Below the pieces are notes generated by a model. It saw nothing but the letters and a program-made list of their open reading frames with translations. It had not been told where the DNA came from and did not search any database. Shown one piece after another: positions 27,437 to 38,295 of a stretch of 64,000 bases of DNA. The stretch is from an uncultured virus (IMG/VR IMGVR_UViG_3300023108_002122) (Duplodnaviria; Heunggongvirae; Uroviricota; Caudoviricetes), in the IMG/VR virus record IMGVR_UViG_3300023108_002122. One strand, written 5' to 3'. The number at the start of each line of letters is the position of its first letter. Positions within the stretch are counted from its first letter, which is position 1. Made by a program: the position numbers and the translations under genes.

Positions 27437-27874
27437 ATGAGTACTGAAGATATTAATAATATTTGGGCTGAAGATTCTCGTATAGATGAATCAAATTTAG
27501 CCGGCGAGCTTAAAAAAATTCCAGCTTTGCATAACAAATATTATACATTATATTATAAAGAAGCATTAACTGTCAAAAAATTAAGAGCAGATTATAAAGT
27601 ATTAGAGCTAGAAAAGCGAGAATACTATGATGGATCTATGGCAGAAGAAGATCTTAAAGAACGTGGGTGGGTCCCATTTCAGAAAAAAGTACTTCGTAAT
27701 GATGTAGACAAGTACATCCAAGCAGATAAAGATATTATAAGATTGAGTCTCAAAATCGATCTCCATTCAGCAAGAGCAAACTTTTTAGAAGATATTGTAA
27801 AGACTTTGCATTCAAGAAATTTTATTATTAAATCAATGATAGATATTATTAAATTCCAACACGGCGAATATTAA
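27437..27874 (+). CDS. uvsY: Recombination mediator UvsY
   Basis: D..ID...L..E..KIP.LH.KY..IK..ID..KF..G pattern. Confidence 0.85.
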   Translation: MSTEDINNIWAEDSRIDESNLAGELKKIPALHNKYYTLYYKEALTVKKLRADYKVLELEKREYYDGSMAEEDLKERGWVPFQKKVLRNDVDKYIQADKDIIRLSLKIDLHSARANFLEDIVKTLHSRNFIIKSMIDIIKFQHGEY

Positions 27875-29367
27875 TGAGTGAAGTAATAAAAATTGAGCCG
27901 CATGATGCTGTACACATGGTTGTACATGCAGATTCTGGTACTAAAATGGAATTAGAAAATTATTTCCGTTTTCAACCAAGTGGTTATCAATTTTCTCCAG
28001 CATATAAAAATAGAGTATGGGATGGATGGATTAGAATTTTCCAGGCATTACGTCCAAAATTATATGTTGGTCTATTACCTCATTTACAAAAATTTTGCGA
28101 GGAAAGAGGATATGATTTAGATGCTCCAGATCATATGATTTTTGGAGAAGATGTTCCTGATGATTATGCATATAAATTAGCAAAAGAAATTGATTGTAAA
28201 TTTGAACCTCGTGATTATCAAAATCAATATGTAATTGATGCATTAAGAGATCAAAGATCTTTATCATTATCTCCCACATCATCTGGTAAATCATTAATTA
28301 TCTATTTAATTCAACAACATTATTTTAAAACATATAATCATCGTACACTTATTATTGTACCAACAATTGGATTGGTCCATCAAATGGCAGGTGACTTTGT
28401 CGACTATGGATGTGATCCGGATTTAATTTATAAGATACAAGGTGGAGTCGACAAGAATACAGATGCTCCAATTGTTATTTCTACATGGCAATCATTAGTT
28501 AAATTACCAAAATCATGGTTTGCTCCATTTAGAGTTGTACTTGGAGATGAAGCACATCAATTCCAAGCTAAATCTTTACAAAAAATTATGGAGTCTTTAC
28601 CTAATTGTTATTATCGACATGGCTTTACTGGCACATTAAAATCAGAAGAAAGTAAAACACATCGTCTTGTATTGGAAGGATGTTTTGGTAAAGTAAGAAA
28701 GCACGTGTCGACTAAAGAACTTATGGATAAAGGTACTGTTGCAGACTTTAATGTAAAAGCAATTGTACTTTCTCATTCACCTGATGTAAGAAAAAGTTTT
28801 TATTCTGCATATAAACAAATTAAAGAATCGAGTAAACGTTATCCTGCGGAAAGAGAATTTATTGTTAATAATACAAAAAGAAATATTTTTATAAGAAATC
28901 TTTTATGGTCCCTTGAAGGACAAAATAATCTTGTATTATTTGATCTTGTAGAAAAACATGGTAAAATATTAGAACCTCTTTTACAAAAAGAAGATCGTCA
29001 ATTGCATTTTATATATGGCGGAACAAAAGGAGAGGAAAGAGAAAGAATTAGACACTTAGTAGAAAATGATCCAATTAAACAGCATGATATTCTTGCTTCT
29101 TATGGAGTTTTTTCAACTGGTGTTAATCTAAAGAAATTGGATAATGTAATATTCGCTTCTGGTTCTAAATCAGAAATTAAAGTATTACAATCTATTGGTA
29201 GAGCATTAAGAAAAGGGAATGACGCTGATAAAGCGACATTGTATGATATTGCAGATGATTTATCTCTAAAATCTTTTGAAAATTATACGTTACAACATTT
29301 TAGAAAAAGAATGGAAATCTATGGATCAGAACAATTTCCTGTTAAGATTTTTACAGTTGATGTTTAA
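27874..29367 (+). CDS. uvsW: SF2 DNA helicase UvsW
   Basis: RDYQ, PTSSGKS, DEAH, TGT, QSIGRALR. Confidence 0.95.
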   Translation: MSEVIKIEPHDAVHMVVHADSGTKMELENYFRFQPSGYQFSPAYKNRVWDGWIRIFQALRPKLYVGLLPHLQKFCEERGYDLDAPDHMIFGEDVPDDYAYKLAKEIDCKFEPRDYQNQYVIDALRDQRSLSLSPTSSGKSLIIYLIQQHYFKTYNHRTLIIVPTIGLVHQMAGDFVDYGCDPDLIYKIQGGVDKNTDAPIVISTWQSLVKLPKSWFAPFRVVLGDEAHQFQAKSLQKIMESLPNCYYRHGFTGTLKSEESKTHRLVLEGCFGKVRKHVSTKELMDKGTVADFNVKAIVLSHSPDVRKSFYSAYKQIKESSKRYPAEREFIVNNTKRNIFIRNLLWSLEGQNNLVLFDLVEKHGKILEPLLQKEDRQLHFIYGGTKGEERERIRHLVENDPIKQHDILASYGVFSTGVNLKKLDNVIFASGSKSEIKVLQSIGRALRKGNDADKATLYDIADDLSLKSFENYTLQHFRKRMEIYGSEQFPVKIFTVDV

Positions 29368-29399
29368 GAGCCTTTTATTGGTTTCTAAGGCATAAGCCT

Positions 29400-29428
29400 A
29401 TTATACATGGCTTTTAAAAGTTTGTCAA
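29400..29428 (-). promoter_or_regulatory. sigma70 consensus promoter pointing antisense into uvsW
   Basis: TTGACA-N17-TATAAT on minus strand. Confidence 0.6.
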
Positions 29429-29476
29429 CCCTTTTTTTAACTTTTTTTTAAAAATAATTTAATTTAATAAAAACAG

Positions 29477-29505
29477 TTGACATTTCATTAAAAATATGTT
29501 AGAAT
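29477..29505 (+). promoter_or_regulatory. sigma70-type promoter for gp55 operon
   Basis: TTGACA-N17-TAGAAT with TGn. Confidence 0.7.
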
Positions 29506-29538
29506 TATTTAAAATTATTACAACACGAGTGAGGAACT

Positions 29539-30060
29539 ATGGCTAAGCGTAACTACGTTAATAATAAAGACCTACTCGCAGCAATGGTAGATTATAAAGC
29601 AAGTTGCCAAGAAGCAGAAGAAGCTGGTGACAAAAAACCACGCGTTCCTGATTATATTGGTGAATGCATTTTACAAATTGCTACGAGATTGGCTACTAAA
29701 CCAAATTTTTCTGGATATTCATATAAAGAAGATATGATTTCAGACGGTATTGAAAACTGTTTACTTTACATAAGCAACTTTAATCCAGATAAATCTAATA
29801 ATCCATTTGCATACTTTACACAAATTATTTGGTATGCATTCTTAAGACGTATTGCAAAAGAAAAGAAACAAATGTATATTCGTTTCAAATCTTCTCAAGC
29901 ATTTCTCGCAGCAGGTCAAACATATGAAGGTGATGAAGATTTAAGTTTACATTTAAATACTGCAGCAGATTATATGAATACATTTATTGAAGATTTTGAA
30001 GATAAACTTAATCGTGATAAACAAAAGAAAAAAGAAAAAGAAGAAGAAAAGAAAAAATGA
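29539..30060 (+). CDS. gp55: Late-transcription sigma factor
   Basis: YVNNK, NFSGYSYKEDMISDGIENC, NPFAYFTQI..AF.RRI.KEK. Confidence 0.95.
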   Translation: MAKRNYVNNKDLLAAMVDYKASCQEAEEAGDKKPRVPDYIGECILQIATRLATKPNFSGYSYKEDMISDGIENCLLYISNFNPDKSNNPFAYFTQIIWYAFLRRIAKEKKQMYIRFKSSQAFLAAGQTYEGDEDLSLHLNTAADYMNTFIEDFEDKLNRDKQKKKEKEEEKKK

Positions 30061-30416
30061 GATTTACAAAAGAACACGAATGGATTAAAAAAGAAGGTGA
30101 CTTATATTTAGTTGGAGTTACTCAACATGCTATTGAATTATTAGGTGATTTGGTTTATATTGAATTACCAGCACCAGGTGAAGTGTTTGATAAAGATACA
30201 GAATGTGCTGTAGTAGAATCTGTTAAAGCAGCTTCAGATGTTTATTGTCCAGTATCAGGCCTGGTGACTGAAATTAATGCATCATTAGAAGATACGCCTG
30301 AAGCAGTAAGTGATGATTGGACTACATGGATATTTAAATTAGAAAATGTAAACGAAGCAGATTTAGAAGATTTTATGGATGAGGAAGCTTATAATAAGTA
30401 TATCGAGGGATTATAA
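30057..30416 (+). CDS. gcvH: Glycine cleavage system H protein (lipoyl carrier)
   Basis: RFTKEHEW, LGDLVYIELP, VESVKAASDVYCPVSG with lipoyl Lys. Confidence 0.9.
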   Translation: MRFTKEHEWIKKEGDLYLVGVTQHAIELLGDLVYIELPAPGEVFDKDTECAVVESVKAASDVYCPVSGLVTEINASLEDTPEAVSDDWTTWIFKLENVNEADLEDFMDEEAYNKYIEGL

Positions 30417-31477
30417 TGAAAATAGCAATGGTTACAGACATGCACATTGGAGTGCGTGGTGATTCTAAAATATTTCAACAACATCAAGAAAGATTTTTTC
30501 GTGAAATCTTTTTTCCATATTTAGATGAGCATGATATTAAAATCGTATTTGATCTTGGTGATACATTTGATAGACGTAAATATATTAACTTTGTAAGTTT
30601 ACAAAAAGGTAAAGAGTTTTTCTTTGACGAACTTGCTAAACGTAATATTGAATTTCATGCTTTAGTTGGTAATCATACAACATATTATACAAATACAAAT
30701 GAAGTTAACTCAATGAATCTATTGCTTCGTGAGTATGATAACTTTCATATCTATGAAGATAAATGTGAACATTTGACAATTGGCTCAACTAAGTTTATAA
30801 TGGTACCTTGGATTAATAATTCAAATTACAAAGAAATGATGGATCAAATTCGTAATTCAGATGCTAATGTATGTATTGGCCACTTCTCAATTCAAGGATT
30901 TGAAATGGATAAAGGACATGTATGCGATCATGGTTTAACTAAAGAAGTATTTACAAACTTTGAAGCAGTATACTCTGGTCACTTCCATCATCCATCTACA
31001 TATAATAATATTTCTTACCTTGGTTCTCCATATGAAATGACATGGGCTGATTATCAAGGTAAACGTGGTTTTAGAGTATTTGATACTGAAACAAGAGAAT
31101 TAGATTGGATTTTAAATCCAAATCCTATTTTTCATAAGATTGAATATGATGATGCTGATATGACTATTGATGATGTTGCTAATCTAAATACAGATAATAT
31201 CGAAAATACTTATATTAAAGTTATTGTAAAAAATAGAACTAATCCATATATCTATGATCTTTTTATTAATAGGTTAGTAGATTCTGGAGCAGCTGATGTA
31301 AAAGCAGTTGAAGACTCTTTAAATTTAGAAGCTGAAGGTATTGATGAAATACTAGATGAAACTAAAGACACAAAAGAAATATTACATAACTATATTGATG
31401 CAATGGAAACGCGTGTTGATAAAGTTCATGTAAAAAGAATTATTGATGAATTATATACTGAGGCACAATCTATATAA
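30416..31477 (+). CDS. gp47: Recombination endonuclease subunit (Mre11/SbcD-like)
   Basis: DMHIG, GDTFD, GNH, SGHFH. Confidence 0.95.
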   Translation: MKIAMVTDMHIGVRGDSKIFQQHQERFFREIFFPYLDEHDIKIVFDLGDTFDRRKYINFVSLQKGKEFFFDELAKRNIEFHALVGNHTTYYTNTNEVNSMNLLLREYDNFHIYEDKCEHLTIGSTKFIMVPWINNSNYKEMMDQIRNSDANVCIGHFSIQGFEMDKGHVCDHGLTKEVFTNFEAVYSGHFHHPSTYNNISYLGSPYEMTWADYQGKRGFRVFDTETRELDWILNPNPIFHKIEYDDADMTIDDVANLNTDNIENTYIKVIVKNRTNPYIYDLFINRLVDSGAADVKAVEDSLNLEAEGIDEILDETKDTKEILHNYIDAMETRVDKVHVKRIIDELYTEAQSI

Positions 31478-33190
31478 ATGAAAATACAATTTAAAAAGAT
31501 CCGCTATAAGAATATTCTTTCAGCGGGTAATGCATTCACTGAAATTCTTTTCGATAAAAGCAAAACAACTCTGGTAAGTGGCACTAATGGTAGTGGTAAG
31601 TCGACTATGCTTGATGCTCTTACATTTGCTTTATATGGAAAAGCTTTTCGTAAAGTAAAGAAGGACCAATTAGTTAACTCAATTAATAATAAAGAATTAG
31701 AAGTTGAAGTTGAATTTGCTATTGGATCATCTTATTATAAAATACAACGAGGTATTAAACCAAACTATTTTAAGATTTATTTGAATGGTAATTTAATAGA
31801 TCAAGATGCTGCTGTTAAAGATTATCAATCTTATTTAGAACAAAATATATTACGTCTAAACTATAAATCTTTTACTCAGATAGTTGTATTAGGTAGCGCA
31901 ACTTATGTTCCATTTATGGATTTAGCAGCAGGCCAACGAAGAGATATTATTGAAGACTTACTTGACATTGAAGTATTTAGTGTTATGAATACGTTATTAA
32001 AAGATAAAATAAGTTCAAATAAAGAAAGCATTACAGAAAACAGTTATCAAAAAGATATGATCGAAACAAGAATTGATTCAGCAAAAGAACATAATGAATC
32101 AATACGAAAGATTAAAGAAAAAGAAGTCGACAAGATTAAAGAAAAGATGAAAGTACATCTCGAAAATATTGAAAATGAAAAAGCTTCTATTGATGTACTT
32201 GATAAAGAAATTGCAGAACTTAATGAATCTATTAAGGATAAACCAAATGTTAAATCTAAATTAGATAAAGCAAAACAACTTAAACGCGATTTAACATCAT
32301 CATTACAAACTCTTATAAATGAGCATGCTTTTTATCATAATAATGATAACTGCCCAACTTGTGAGCAAGCTATTGCTCATGATTTTAAGCAAGAAGCAAT
32401 GACTAAAAAATCAAATAAGATGGATGAAATTAAAAGTGGTACTGTAGATCTTGATGCTAAAATACAAGAATATGAAACTCGTATGAATGAAATTTCAGAT
32501 GTCGAAGATAAGATTTCTGATAAAGCACTTACAAGTGCAGATCATAGAGCTCATATTAAAATGGCAAAGAATGCTCTTGTGTCTTATAAAAATGAATTAA
32601 CAAGTGCTGAGGAAGAAGTCGAAGCAGTTGACACATCTAAATTAGAGGAATATAATAGACAATTAGAAAAGATTGAAAATCAGCAAACAGTTTTATTTGA
32701 AGAAAAAGAAGTGATTGGAGTTATTAGAGCAATGCTGCAAGATGGAGGTATTAAAGCTAAGATTATTAAACAGTATGTACCTGTTATGAATAAACTTATC
32801 AACAAATATCTAACAGCGTTTGATCTCTTTGTCGACTTCCAACTAGATGAAAACTTTAATGAGATTATTAAATCTCGTTTCCGTGATAAATTCTCTTATG
32901 CTTCATTCTCAGAAGGTGAAAAGCTACGTATTACATTATCAATTATGTTAGCGTGGCGAGCTGTAGCAAAATTAAGAAATTCAGTAGCAACTAATCTATT
33001 ATTGCTAGATGAAACATTAGATGGTGCTCTTGATGGAACTGGTATCGAGATGTTAATTGATACTTTACATAACTTAAATGCTGATGATAATATCTTTGTT
33101 ATCTCTCATCGTGGACATCAGTTTGGTGACAAATTTATGTCTCATATTAAATTTGAGAAAGTAAAAAACTTCAGCCAAATTGCAGCTTAG
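31478..33190 (+). CDS. gp46: Recombination ATPase subunit (Rad50/SbcC-like)
   Basis: GTNGSGKST, CPTC zinc hook, FSEGEK, LLDE. Confidence 0.95.
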   Translation: MKIQFKKIRYKNILSAGNAFTEILFDKSKTTLVSGTNGSGKSTMLDALTFALYGKAFRKVKKDQLVNSINNKELEVEVEFAIGSSYYKIQRGIKPNYFKIYLNGNLIDQDAAVKDYQSYLEQNILRLNYKSFTQIVVLGSATYVPFMDLAAGQRRDIIEDLLDIEVFSVMNTLLKDKISSNKESITENSYQKDMIETRIDSAKEHNESIRKIKEKEVDKIKEKMKVHLENIENEKASIDVLDKEIAELNESIKDKPNVKSKLDKAKQLKRDLTSSLQTLINEHAFYHNNDNCPTCEQAIAHDFKQEAMTKKSNKMDEIKSGTVDLDAKIQEYETRMNEISDVEDKISDKALTSADHRAHIKMAKNALVSYKNELTSAEEEVEAVDTSKLEEYNRQLEKIENQQTVLFEEKEVIGVIRAMLQDGGIKAKIIKQYVPVMNKLINKYLTAFDLFVDFQLDENFNEIIKSRFRDKFSYASFSEGEKLRITLSIMLAWRAVAKLRNSVATNLLLLDETLDGALDGTGIEMLIDTLHNLNADDNIFVISHRGHQFGDKFMSHIKFEKVKNFSQIAA

Positions 33191-33198
33191 GAGAAAAT

Positions 33199-33414
33199 AT
33201 GCAACACAAAATTAGTGACTTCTGTAAAAAAATTAATCTAATGCACGAGAAAGCATCATACCTTCGTTATGAAAAATACAGTGTGCCAAAGGAAAGACGT
33301 GATGAAGGAATGATTAGAGCTCTTATTGATGACATTCAAGCTCTTGCTATTGAAGTTGCGCATGACCGCGGAATCCACCCAAAAATGTCAGAAAAGGATG
33401 TAAATAATAGTTGA
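33199..33414 (+). CDS. Small hypothetical protein
   Basis: AGGAG RBS. Confidence 0.55.
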   Translation: MQHKISDFCKKINLMHEKASYLRYEKYSVPKERRDEGMIRALIDDIQALAIEVAHDRGIHPKMSEKDVNNS

Positions 33415-33439
33415 CATTAATGCGCTTTTTTGATATAAT
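33411..33439 (+). promoter_or_regulatory. sigma70-type promoter for DNA polymerase
   Basis: TTGACA-N17-TATAAT. Confidence 0.75.
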
Positions 33440-33474
33440 GTTAACTATAATGTACAAAACACATAAGGAAATTC

Positions 33475-36054
33475 ATGCCTGATTTTTACACCAACGTAGA
33501 TCGAATTGGTAACTTTATTCTATGGCGAGGATATCAAGCCGGACGAAAGTTCGAACGTAAAATTAAATACGAACCTACTATCTTTGTAGGTACTAATAAT
33601 AAAGAATCGATGTGGAAATCTCTTATTGATGATAGTCCACTTCAGGCTACTAAAAAAGGTACGATGAAAGATACTCGTATCTATATCGAAGATCATAAAG
33701 ATGTTCATGGATTTAAAATTGCTGGTAATAGTAATTATGTTGCGCAATTTATTCAAGAGCATTATCCTGATAATATTGAATTTGATCCATCATTAATTAA
33801 TATCGTTTCGTTTGATATAGAGGTTGATATATCTGATGGTTATGCTAATATTAACCAAGCAGATAAAGAAATTACATCTATTGCTTACAAGTCGACTAAA
33901 CACCTAAGGTATCATTTGCTTGGTCGTAAAGACTATGATAAGACTCAAACTATTACTGATATTAATCCAGATAATATCGAATTTAAAAAGTTTGATACTG
34001 AACATCAATTACTTCAAGAGTTTAAACGTATTTGGATGGAAGACTATCCTGATATTGTAACTGGTTGGAACGTTGAATATTTTGATATTCAATATATTAT
34101 AACTCGTATGATTCGTTTATTTGGCGAAGACTGGGTTAAAGATCTATCTCCTTGGCGTAATATTCGTCAGCAATCTCGTGAAGTATTTGGTAAAAAACAA
34201 TCAACTTGGTCTATATCTGGTATATCGATTATTGATTATATGGATGCTTTTAAGAAGTTTGGTTACAAATATGGTCCACAAGAATCTTATAAACTAGATC
34301 ATATTGCTTACGTCGTGCTTGGTGAAAAGAAATTAGATTACTCTGAATATGGTTCTTTGACTGCTTTGTACGAACAAAATCCACAACTTTATTTGGATTA
34401 TAACCTTAAAGATACATGGCTTGTTGAAAAGCTTGAAGAGGAATCAGGTCTACTATCTCTTGTAATGACTGTTGCTTATGGTGGAGGTGTAAACTATTCT
34501 GATGCATTTGGTACCGTGAGTATTTGGGAAACAACTCTTTATCGTCGACTGATGAAAAAAGGTATTGTGCCTCCATTAAAAGGTGGTCCTGGTGAACGCG
34601 TTGCTGAACTCGTTGGTGGTTATGTTAAAGATCCAAAGGTTGGAATGCATCCTTGGGTTGTCTCATTCGATCTAAATTCTCTATATCCACACCTGATGTT
34701 ACAATATAACTTGTCACCAGAAACATATGTAGACAACGCACGAGAATATATTAACCAAGATATGGTGCTCAATGGACAAGAAGTTGCAGATCCTAATAAT
34801 CCTGGTAGTACAATGCGTGTACCATATCAAAACAGATCTAGGTATGCAACATGTGCTAATGGTGCATGCTTTAGAAAAGATAAACTTGGTATCATTCCTG
34901 AAATCATTGATGAATATTATGCTACTCGATCTGGAATTAAAAAGCGTATGTTACAAGTTGAACAAGAACTTGAAACTGCGAAGGGTACTGATAAATTAGC
35001 TCTTAAACGAGAAGCTAACCAATTACATAATCAGCAAATGGCGATTAAGATTGCTATGAACTCTTTGTATGGCGCAACAGCAAATATTTACTTCCTATAT
35101 TATATTAACGATATGGCTGAAGCAATTACAACATCTGGCCAATTGTCAATTCGTTACGCTCAAAAATCTGTAAACGAATATCTAAATAAGTTATTGAAAA
35201 CAGATAGTGTTGATTATATTATCTACATCGATACAGATTCTATCTATGTTAATATGGGACCTGTTATTCAAGCTTCGTTTGGTACAATGGATATCGATCG
35301 TGCTAAAGGTGAAGAGTTCCTTGATAAAATTTGTGAAATGAAAATTGAACCTATTATTGATGCTGGTTATAAAGAACTTGCTGAAAAGATGGGAGCATAT
35401 CGACAAGCAATGAGTATGAAGCGAGAAAAGATTACTGATAAAGCAGTATTCATTGCAAAGAAACGTTATATTTTAAATGCACTTAACTCAGAAGGTGTAC
35501 ATTATGAACAACCTAAGATTTCTGTTACAGGTTTGGAATCAGTACGATCTTCTACTCCGGAAGTTTGTCGTGATAAACTGAAAGCAGCATTTAAAGTAAT
35601 TATGAATGAAGGTGAAGAAGCAATGCAAGAATTTATTGCTAATTTTAAAGATGAGTTCTTTAAACTACCACCTGAAGCTATTGGCCGTAACTCCGGTACA
35701 GATAATATAGATAAGTATAGGAATAGAGAAACATTGTACAAAAAAGGTTGTCCAATGCACGTAAGAGGTTGTATTCTTTATAATTATCATTTGAAAGAAA
35801 AGCAGTTAGATAAAAAATTCGAATCTGTTATTTCAGGTGATAAAGTAAAGTTTGTTTATCTTAAAACACCTAATCCTATTCGTGAAAATATTATATCGTT
35901 TCCCGGAGTACTTCCTAAAGAACTTGGATTGCATGACTATATAGATTATGAAAAGCAATTCGAAAAGGTTTTTCTAAGTCCTCTTGAATCTATCCTCGAA
36001 GCGATCGGTTGGTCTGCAGAGAAGGTAAATACTCTTGAAGACTTTTTTGTTTAA
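33475..36054 (+). CDS. gp43: Family B DNA polymerase
   Basis: DIEV exonuclease, [27 protein letters not shown]-terminal clamp-binding LEDFF. Confidence 0.97.
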   Translation: MPDFYTNVDRIGNFILWRGYQAGRKFERKIKYEPTIFVGTNNKESMWKSLIDDSPLQATKKGTMKDTRIYIEDHKDVHGFKIAGNSNYVAQFIQEHYPDNIEFDPSLINIVSFDIEVDISDGYANINQADKEITSIAYKSTKHLRYHLLGRKDYDKTQTITDINPDNIEFKKFDTEHQLLQEFKRIWMEDYPDIVTGWNVEYFDIQYIITRMIRLFGEDWVKDLSPWRNIRQQSREVFGKKQSTWSISGISIIDYMDAFKKFGYKYGPQESYKLDHIAYVVLGEKKLDYSEYGSLTALYEQNPQLYLDYNLKDTWLVEKLEEESGLLSLVMTVAYGGGVNYSDAFGTVSIWETTLYRRLMKKGIVPPLKGGPGERVAELVGGYVKDPKVGMHPWVVSFDLNSLYPHLMLQYNLSPETYVDNAREYINQDMVLNGQEVADPNNPGSTMRVPYQNRSRYATCANGACFRKDKLGIIPEIIDEYYATRSGIKKRMLQVEQELETAKGTDKLALKREANQLHNQQMAIKIAMNSLYGATANIYFLYYINDMAEAITTSGQLSIRYAQKSVNEYLNKLLKTDSVDYIIYIDTDSIYVNMGPVIQASFGTMDIDRAKGEEFLDKICEMKIEPIIDAGYKELAEKMGAYRQAMSMKREKITDKAVFIAKKRYILNALNSEGVHYEQPKISVTGLESVRSSTPEVCRDKLKAAFKVIMNEGEEAMQEFIANFKDEFFKLPPEAIGRNSGTDNIDKYRNRETLYKKGCPMHVRGCILYNYHLKEKQLDKKFESVISGDKVKFVYLKTPNPIRENIISFPGVLPKELGLHDYIDYEKQFEKVFLSPLESILEAIGWSAEKVNTLEDFFV

Positions 36055-36065
36055 GGAGATATACG

Positions 36066-36248
36066 TTGAATGACGAAACAAAACGATGGAGATTAGATGT
36101 GCTAATATCAAAACATGATCACCAGCATAACATAGTAGAACAACTTATTGCTGAAGGTTGCTCAGATGATATTGTAAGCAAAGCTAAGAAAGAAAAATTA
36201 TTATTAAAGGATGAAATAAGAAAATTAGAATTAGAACTAGGAGAATAA
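36066..36248 (+). CDS. DUF465/YdcH-like small protein
   Basis: KKEKLLLKDEI motif; TTG start with AAGGAG. Confidence 0.6.
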   Translation: MNDETKRWRLDVLISKHDHQHNIVEQLIAEGCSDDIVSKAKKEKLLLKDEIRKLELELGE

Positions 36249-36249
36249 C

Positions 36250-36765
36250 ATGAGTAAAGATTGGGCCCAAGATATTCATGAAATGCAAAACAAGTTCCAA
36301 CTACCTAATTGGGTAAAGGATAATCCAGATAAACTTAAAGAGTTTTTAGAGTTTAGGATTCGTTTTGTTCGTGAAGAATTGGAAGAAACAGAAAAAGCGT
36401 TTGCAAATAAAATTGACGCAGAAGAAATTGTAGATGGTTTAATTGATATATGTGTAGTTGCTATCGGCACACTTGATGCATTTAAAGTAAATTCTCATCA
36501 GGCATGGGATCAAGTTATGGAAGCTAATATGTCAAAAGAAGTTGGTGTAAAACCAGAAAGACCAAATCCACTTGGTTTACCAGATTTAATGAAACCAGAA
36601 GGTTGGCAAGCTCCATCTCATGCTGGTAATCACGGTTTATTAGCAAATCTATATCGTCTTGATAAGATTGGACAAGGACTAAAACAGCAAGTAGAATCAG
36701 GAACTTTGTCTGCAGATGATCTAGATTATATTGAAAAAATTGCAAAAAGTTTGAAAAAAGGCTAA
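36250..36765 (+). CDS. All-alpha NTP pyrophosphohydrolase (MazG/PRA-PH-like)
   Basis: EELEE..EIVDGLID..V.EANMSK..KPEGW..P. Confidence 0.8.
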   Translation: MSKDWAQDIHEMQNKFQLPNWVKDNPDKLKEFLEFRIRFVREELEETEKAFANKIDAEEIVDGLIDICVVAIGTLDAFKVNSHQAWDQVMEANMSKEVGVKPERPNPLGLPDLMKPEGWQAPSHAGNHGLLANLYRLDKIGQGLKQQVESGTLSADDLDYIEKIAKSLKKG

Positions 36766-36772
36766 AAAAGGG

Positions 36773-36810
36773 TTGACATCTTCTTAGAACTAGTGTATAA
36801 TATAACTATA
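36773..36810 (+). promoter_or_regulatory. Conserved 38-bp early promoter element, copy 3
   Basis: Identical to copy 1. Confidence 0.85.
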
Positions 36811-36834
36811 TTAAATAATAAAGCAAGGAGATTT

Positions 36835-37110
36835 ATGATTACAAAAGAAAACTTTAGAATTGAATCTAACTATCTAACATTTGTACCTTCAACTGCGAAG
36901 ACTCATGCTGACTTTACTCATGTTTGTTCTAGAGATCGTAGATTCCACAAATGGACTTGTGCTAAAGTTCGTAATCTTATCATCAAAGAATTAAATGATA
37001 ATAACATTACAGAAGATAAAGTTAATCGTGATCTTATTGAGTCTTTCTTAAATGACGGTGTTGTTAAAGATTACATTACTGCTAACGTACCATCTTTTAT
37101 GAGAAAATAA
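36835..37110 (+). CDS. Early hypothetical protein (start MITKENF)
   Basis: AAGGAG RBS after promoter. Confidence 0.6.
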   Translation: MITKENFRIESNYLTFVPSTAKTHADFTHVCSRDRRFHKWTCAKVRNLIIKELNDNNITEDKVNRDLIESFLNDGVVKDYITANVPSFMRK

Positions 37111-37125
37111 TTTAGGAGTTATATT

Positions 37126-37374
37126 ATGTTAAAATATGAAAATGTTGCTGAAGTTGGTGATACTATCAAAGCTTTAGATTTTGAACCTTGGGTTGGCCGT
37201 GAAGATGTTTATCTAATTGGTAAAGTTACAGATAAAGGTATAAACGAGCTTGGTTATGCCGCTTATACAGTAAAAGTTTTAGAATCTCCAGGATTCGAAT
37301 CTCGTGTTGGAACAACTATGTATGTTCCATATCAATCAAACTTTGATTTTGAAGGTCGTGTATGCCGGGTTTAG
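37126..37374 (+). CDS. Early hypothetical protein
   Basis: AGGAG RBS. Confidence 0.6.
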   Translation: MLKYENVAEVGDTIKALDFEPWVGREDVYLIGKVTDKGINELGYAAYTVKVLESPGFESRVGTTMYVPYQSNFDFEGRVCRV

Positions 37375-37610
37375 TTTATTGTGATTATATTGCAGATCGT
37401 GTTAAGACTGCATTAAATATTGATTCTGAAATAGAAGGATCATTATTACAAGAAGTAGGTAATATCGAATGGGATCTGCATCCAAAAGACGGATACTTAT
37501 TATCTACAGATAAATGGCTTTATGCCACAGATATTAACGGTAATAAATATCGAATATCTGTAGAAAAAATAGAAGAAGAATATGAACGAATTGCTGATAG
37601 AGCTATTTGA
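37362..37610 (+). CDS. Early hypothetical protein
   Basis: Overlaps upstream ORF end. Confidence 0.5.
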   Translation: MPGLVYCDYIADRVKTALNIDSEIEGSLLQEVGNIEWDLHPKDGYLLSTDKWLYATDINGNKYRISVEKIEEEYERIADRAI

Positions 37611-37768
37611 AAAATTAGAGCAACCATATAATAGTTTAGTTGTATTAAAACTAGCTGATATGATAGACACTATGATAGAAGATGGTGTTTTAGATGAATC
37701 TGATGCACAAATAGCTGAAAATATCGAATTTATTTGCAAATTACCAAAAAAATAATTGAAAATAATTC

Positions 37769-37847
37769 TAAGTTATTGATTTTTAATGAAAACTTTTTTC
37801 ACAAAAAGGTTGACATCTTCTTGAAACTAGTGTATAATATAACTATA
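37769..37847 (+). promoter_or_regulatory. Conserved early promoter copy 4 (37810-37847) with upstream IHF-consensus site
   Basis: TTGACATCTTCTTGAAACTAGTGTATAATATAACTATA; TAAGTTATTGATT is the reverse complement of WATCAANNNNTTR. Confidence 0.8.
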
Positions 37848-37869
37848 AAATAAAAAATTAGGAGATATT

Positions 37870-38148
37870 ATGCGATACTACGAACCCAACTACAATCCTA
37901 CTGATGCTGAGAAATACGCTGCCCATCTTGGTCGTATTCTTATGGATTATTCAATGAACATGCCTATGAAAGGCTTATCAAATGACGAGGTCGCTCGTTC
38001 TAATCGTATGTCTGCTTTTGGTGATAGACTTACTCGTATCGGTTCAGAGTTTGGACCAAAAACCTTTAATGATGTAATCGAATCTGCTGGTGTCACTATG
38101 ACAGAAGCAAAAGAATTTCTTAAACTAGCTAAAAAGGAGGACAAATAA
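37870..38148 (+). CDS. Early hypothetical protein
   Basis: AGGAG RBS after promoter. Confidence 0.6.
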   Translation: MRYYEPNYNPTDAEKYAAHLGRILMDYSMNMPMKGLSNDEVARSNRMSAFGDRLTRIGSEFGPKTFNDVIESAGVTMTEAKEFLKLAKKEDK

Positions 38149-38295
38149 AATGTCAGCAATTAGCGATATTATTATTGATATTCAGGAAATGCTTGCGGAA
38201 GGTTTTCCTTCTCTAGCGATTGCTCAAGCTCTGGAAATTCCAGTAGAATGGGTTGAAGAAGAAAAAGATAAGATGAGACGTGAAGGAGATTTATA

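Noticed and set aside
33475..36054. Intron, intein or split in DNA polymerase
   Set aside because: Continuous ORF of normal length with all motifs
36793..36834. GTG start of ORF 36793..37110
   Set aside because: Lies inside the promoter -10 region; ATG 36835 has the RBS
20695..37847. CRISPR array or att sites from the 38-bp repeats
   Set aside because: Copies are dispersed, lack regular spacers and are promoter consensus sequences; no cas or integrase gene
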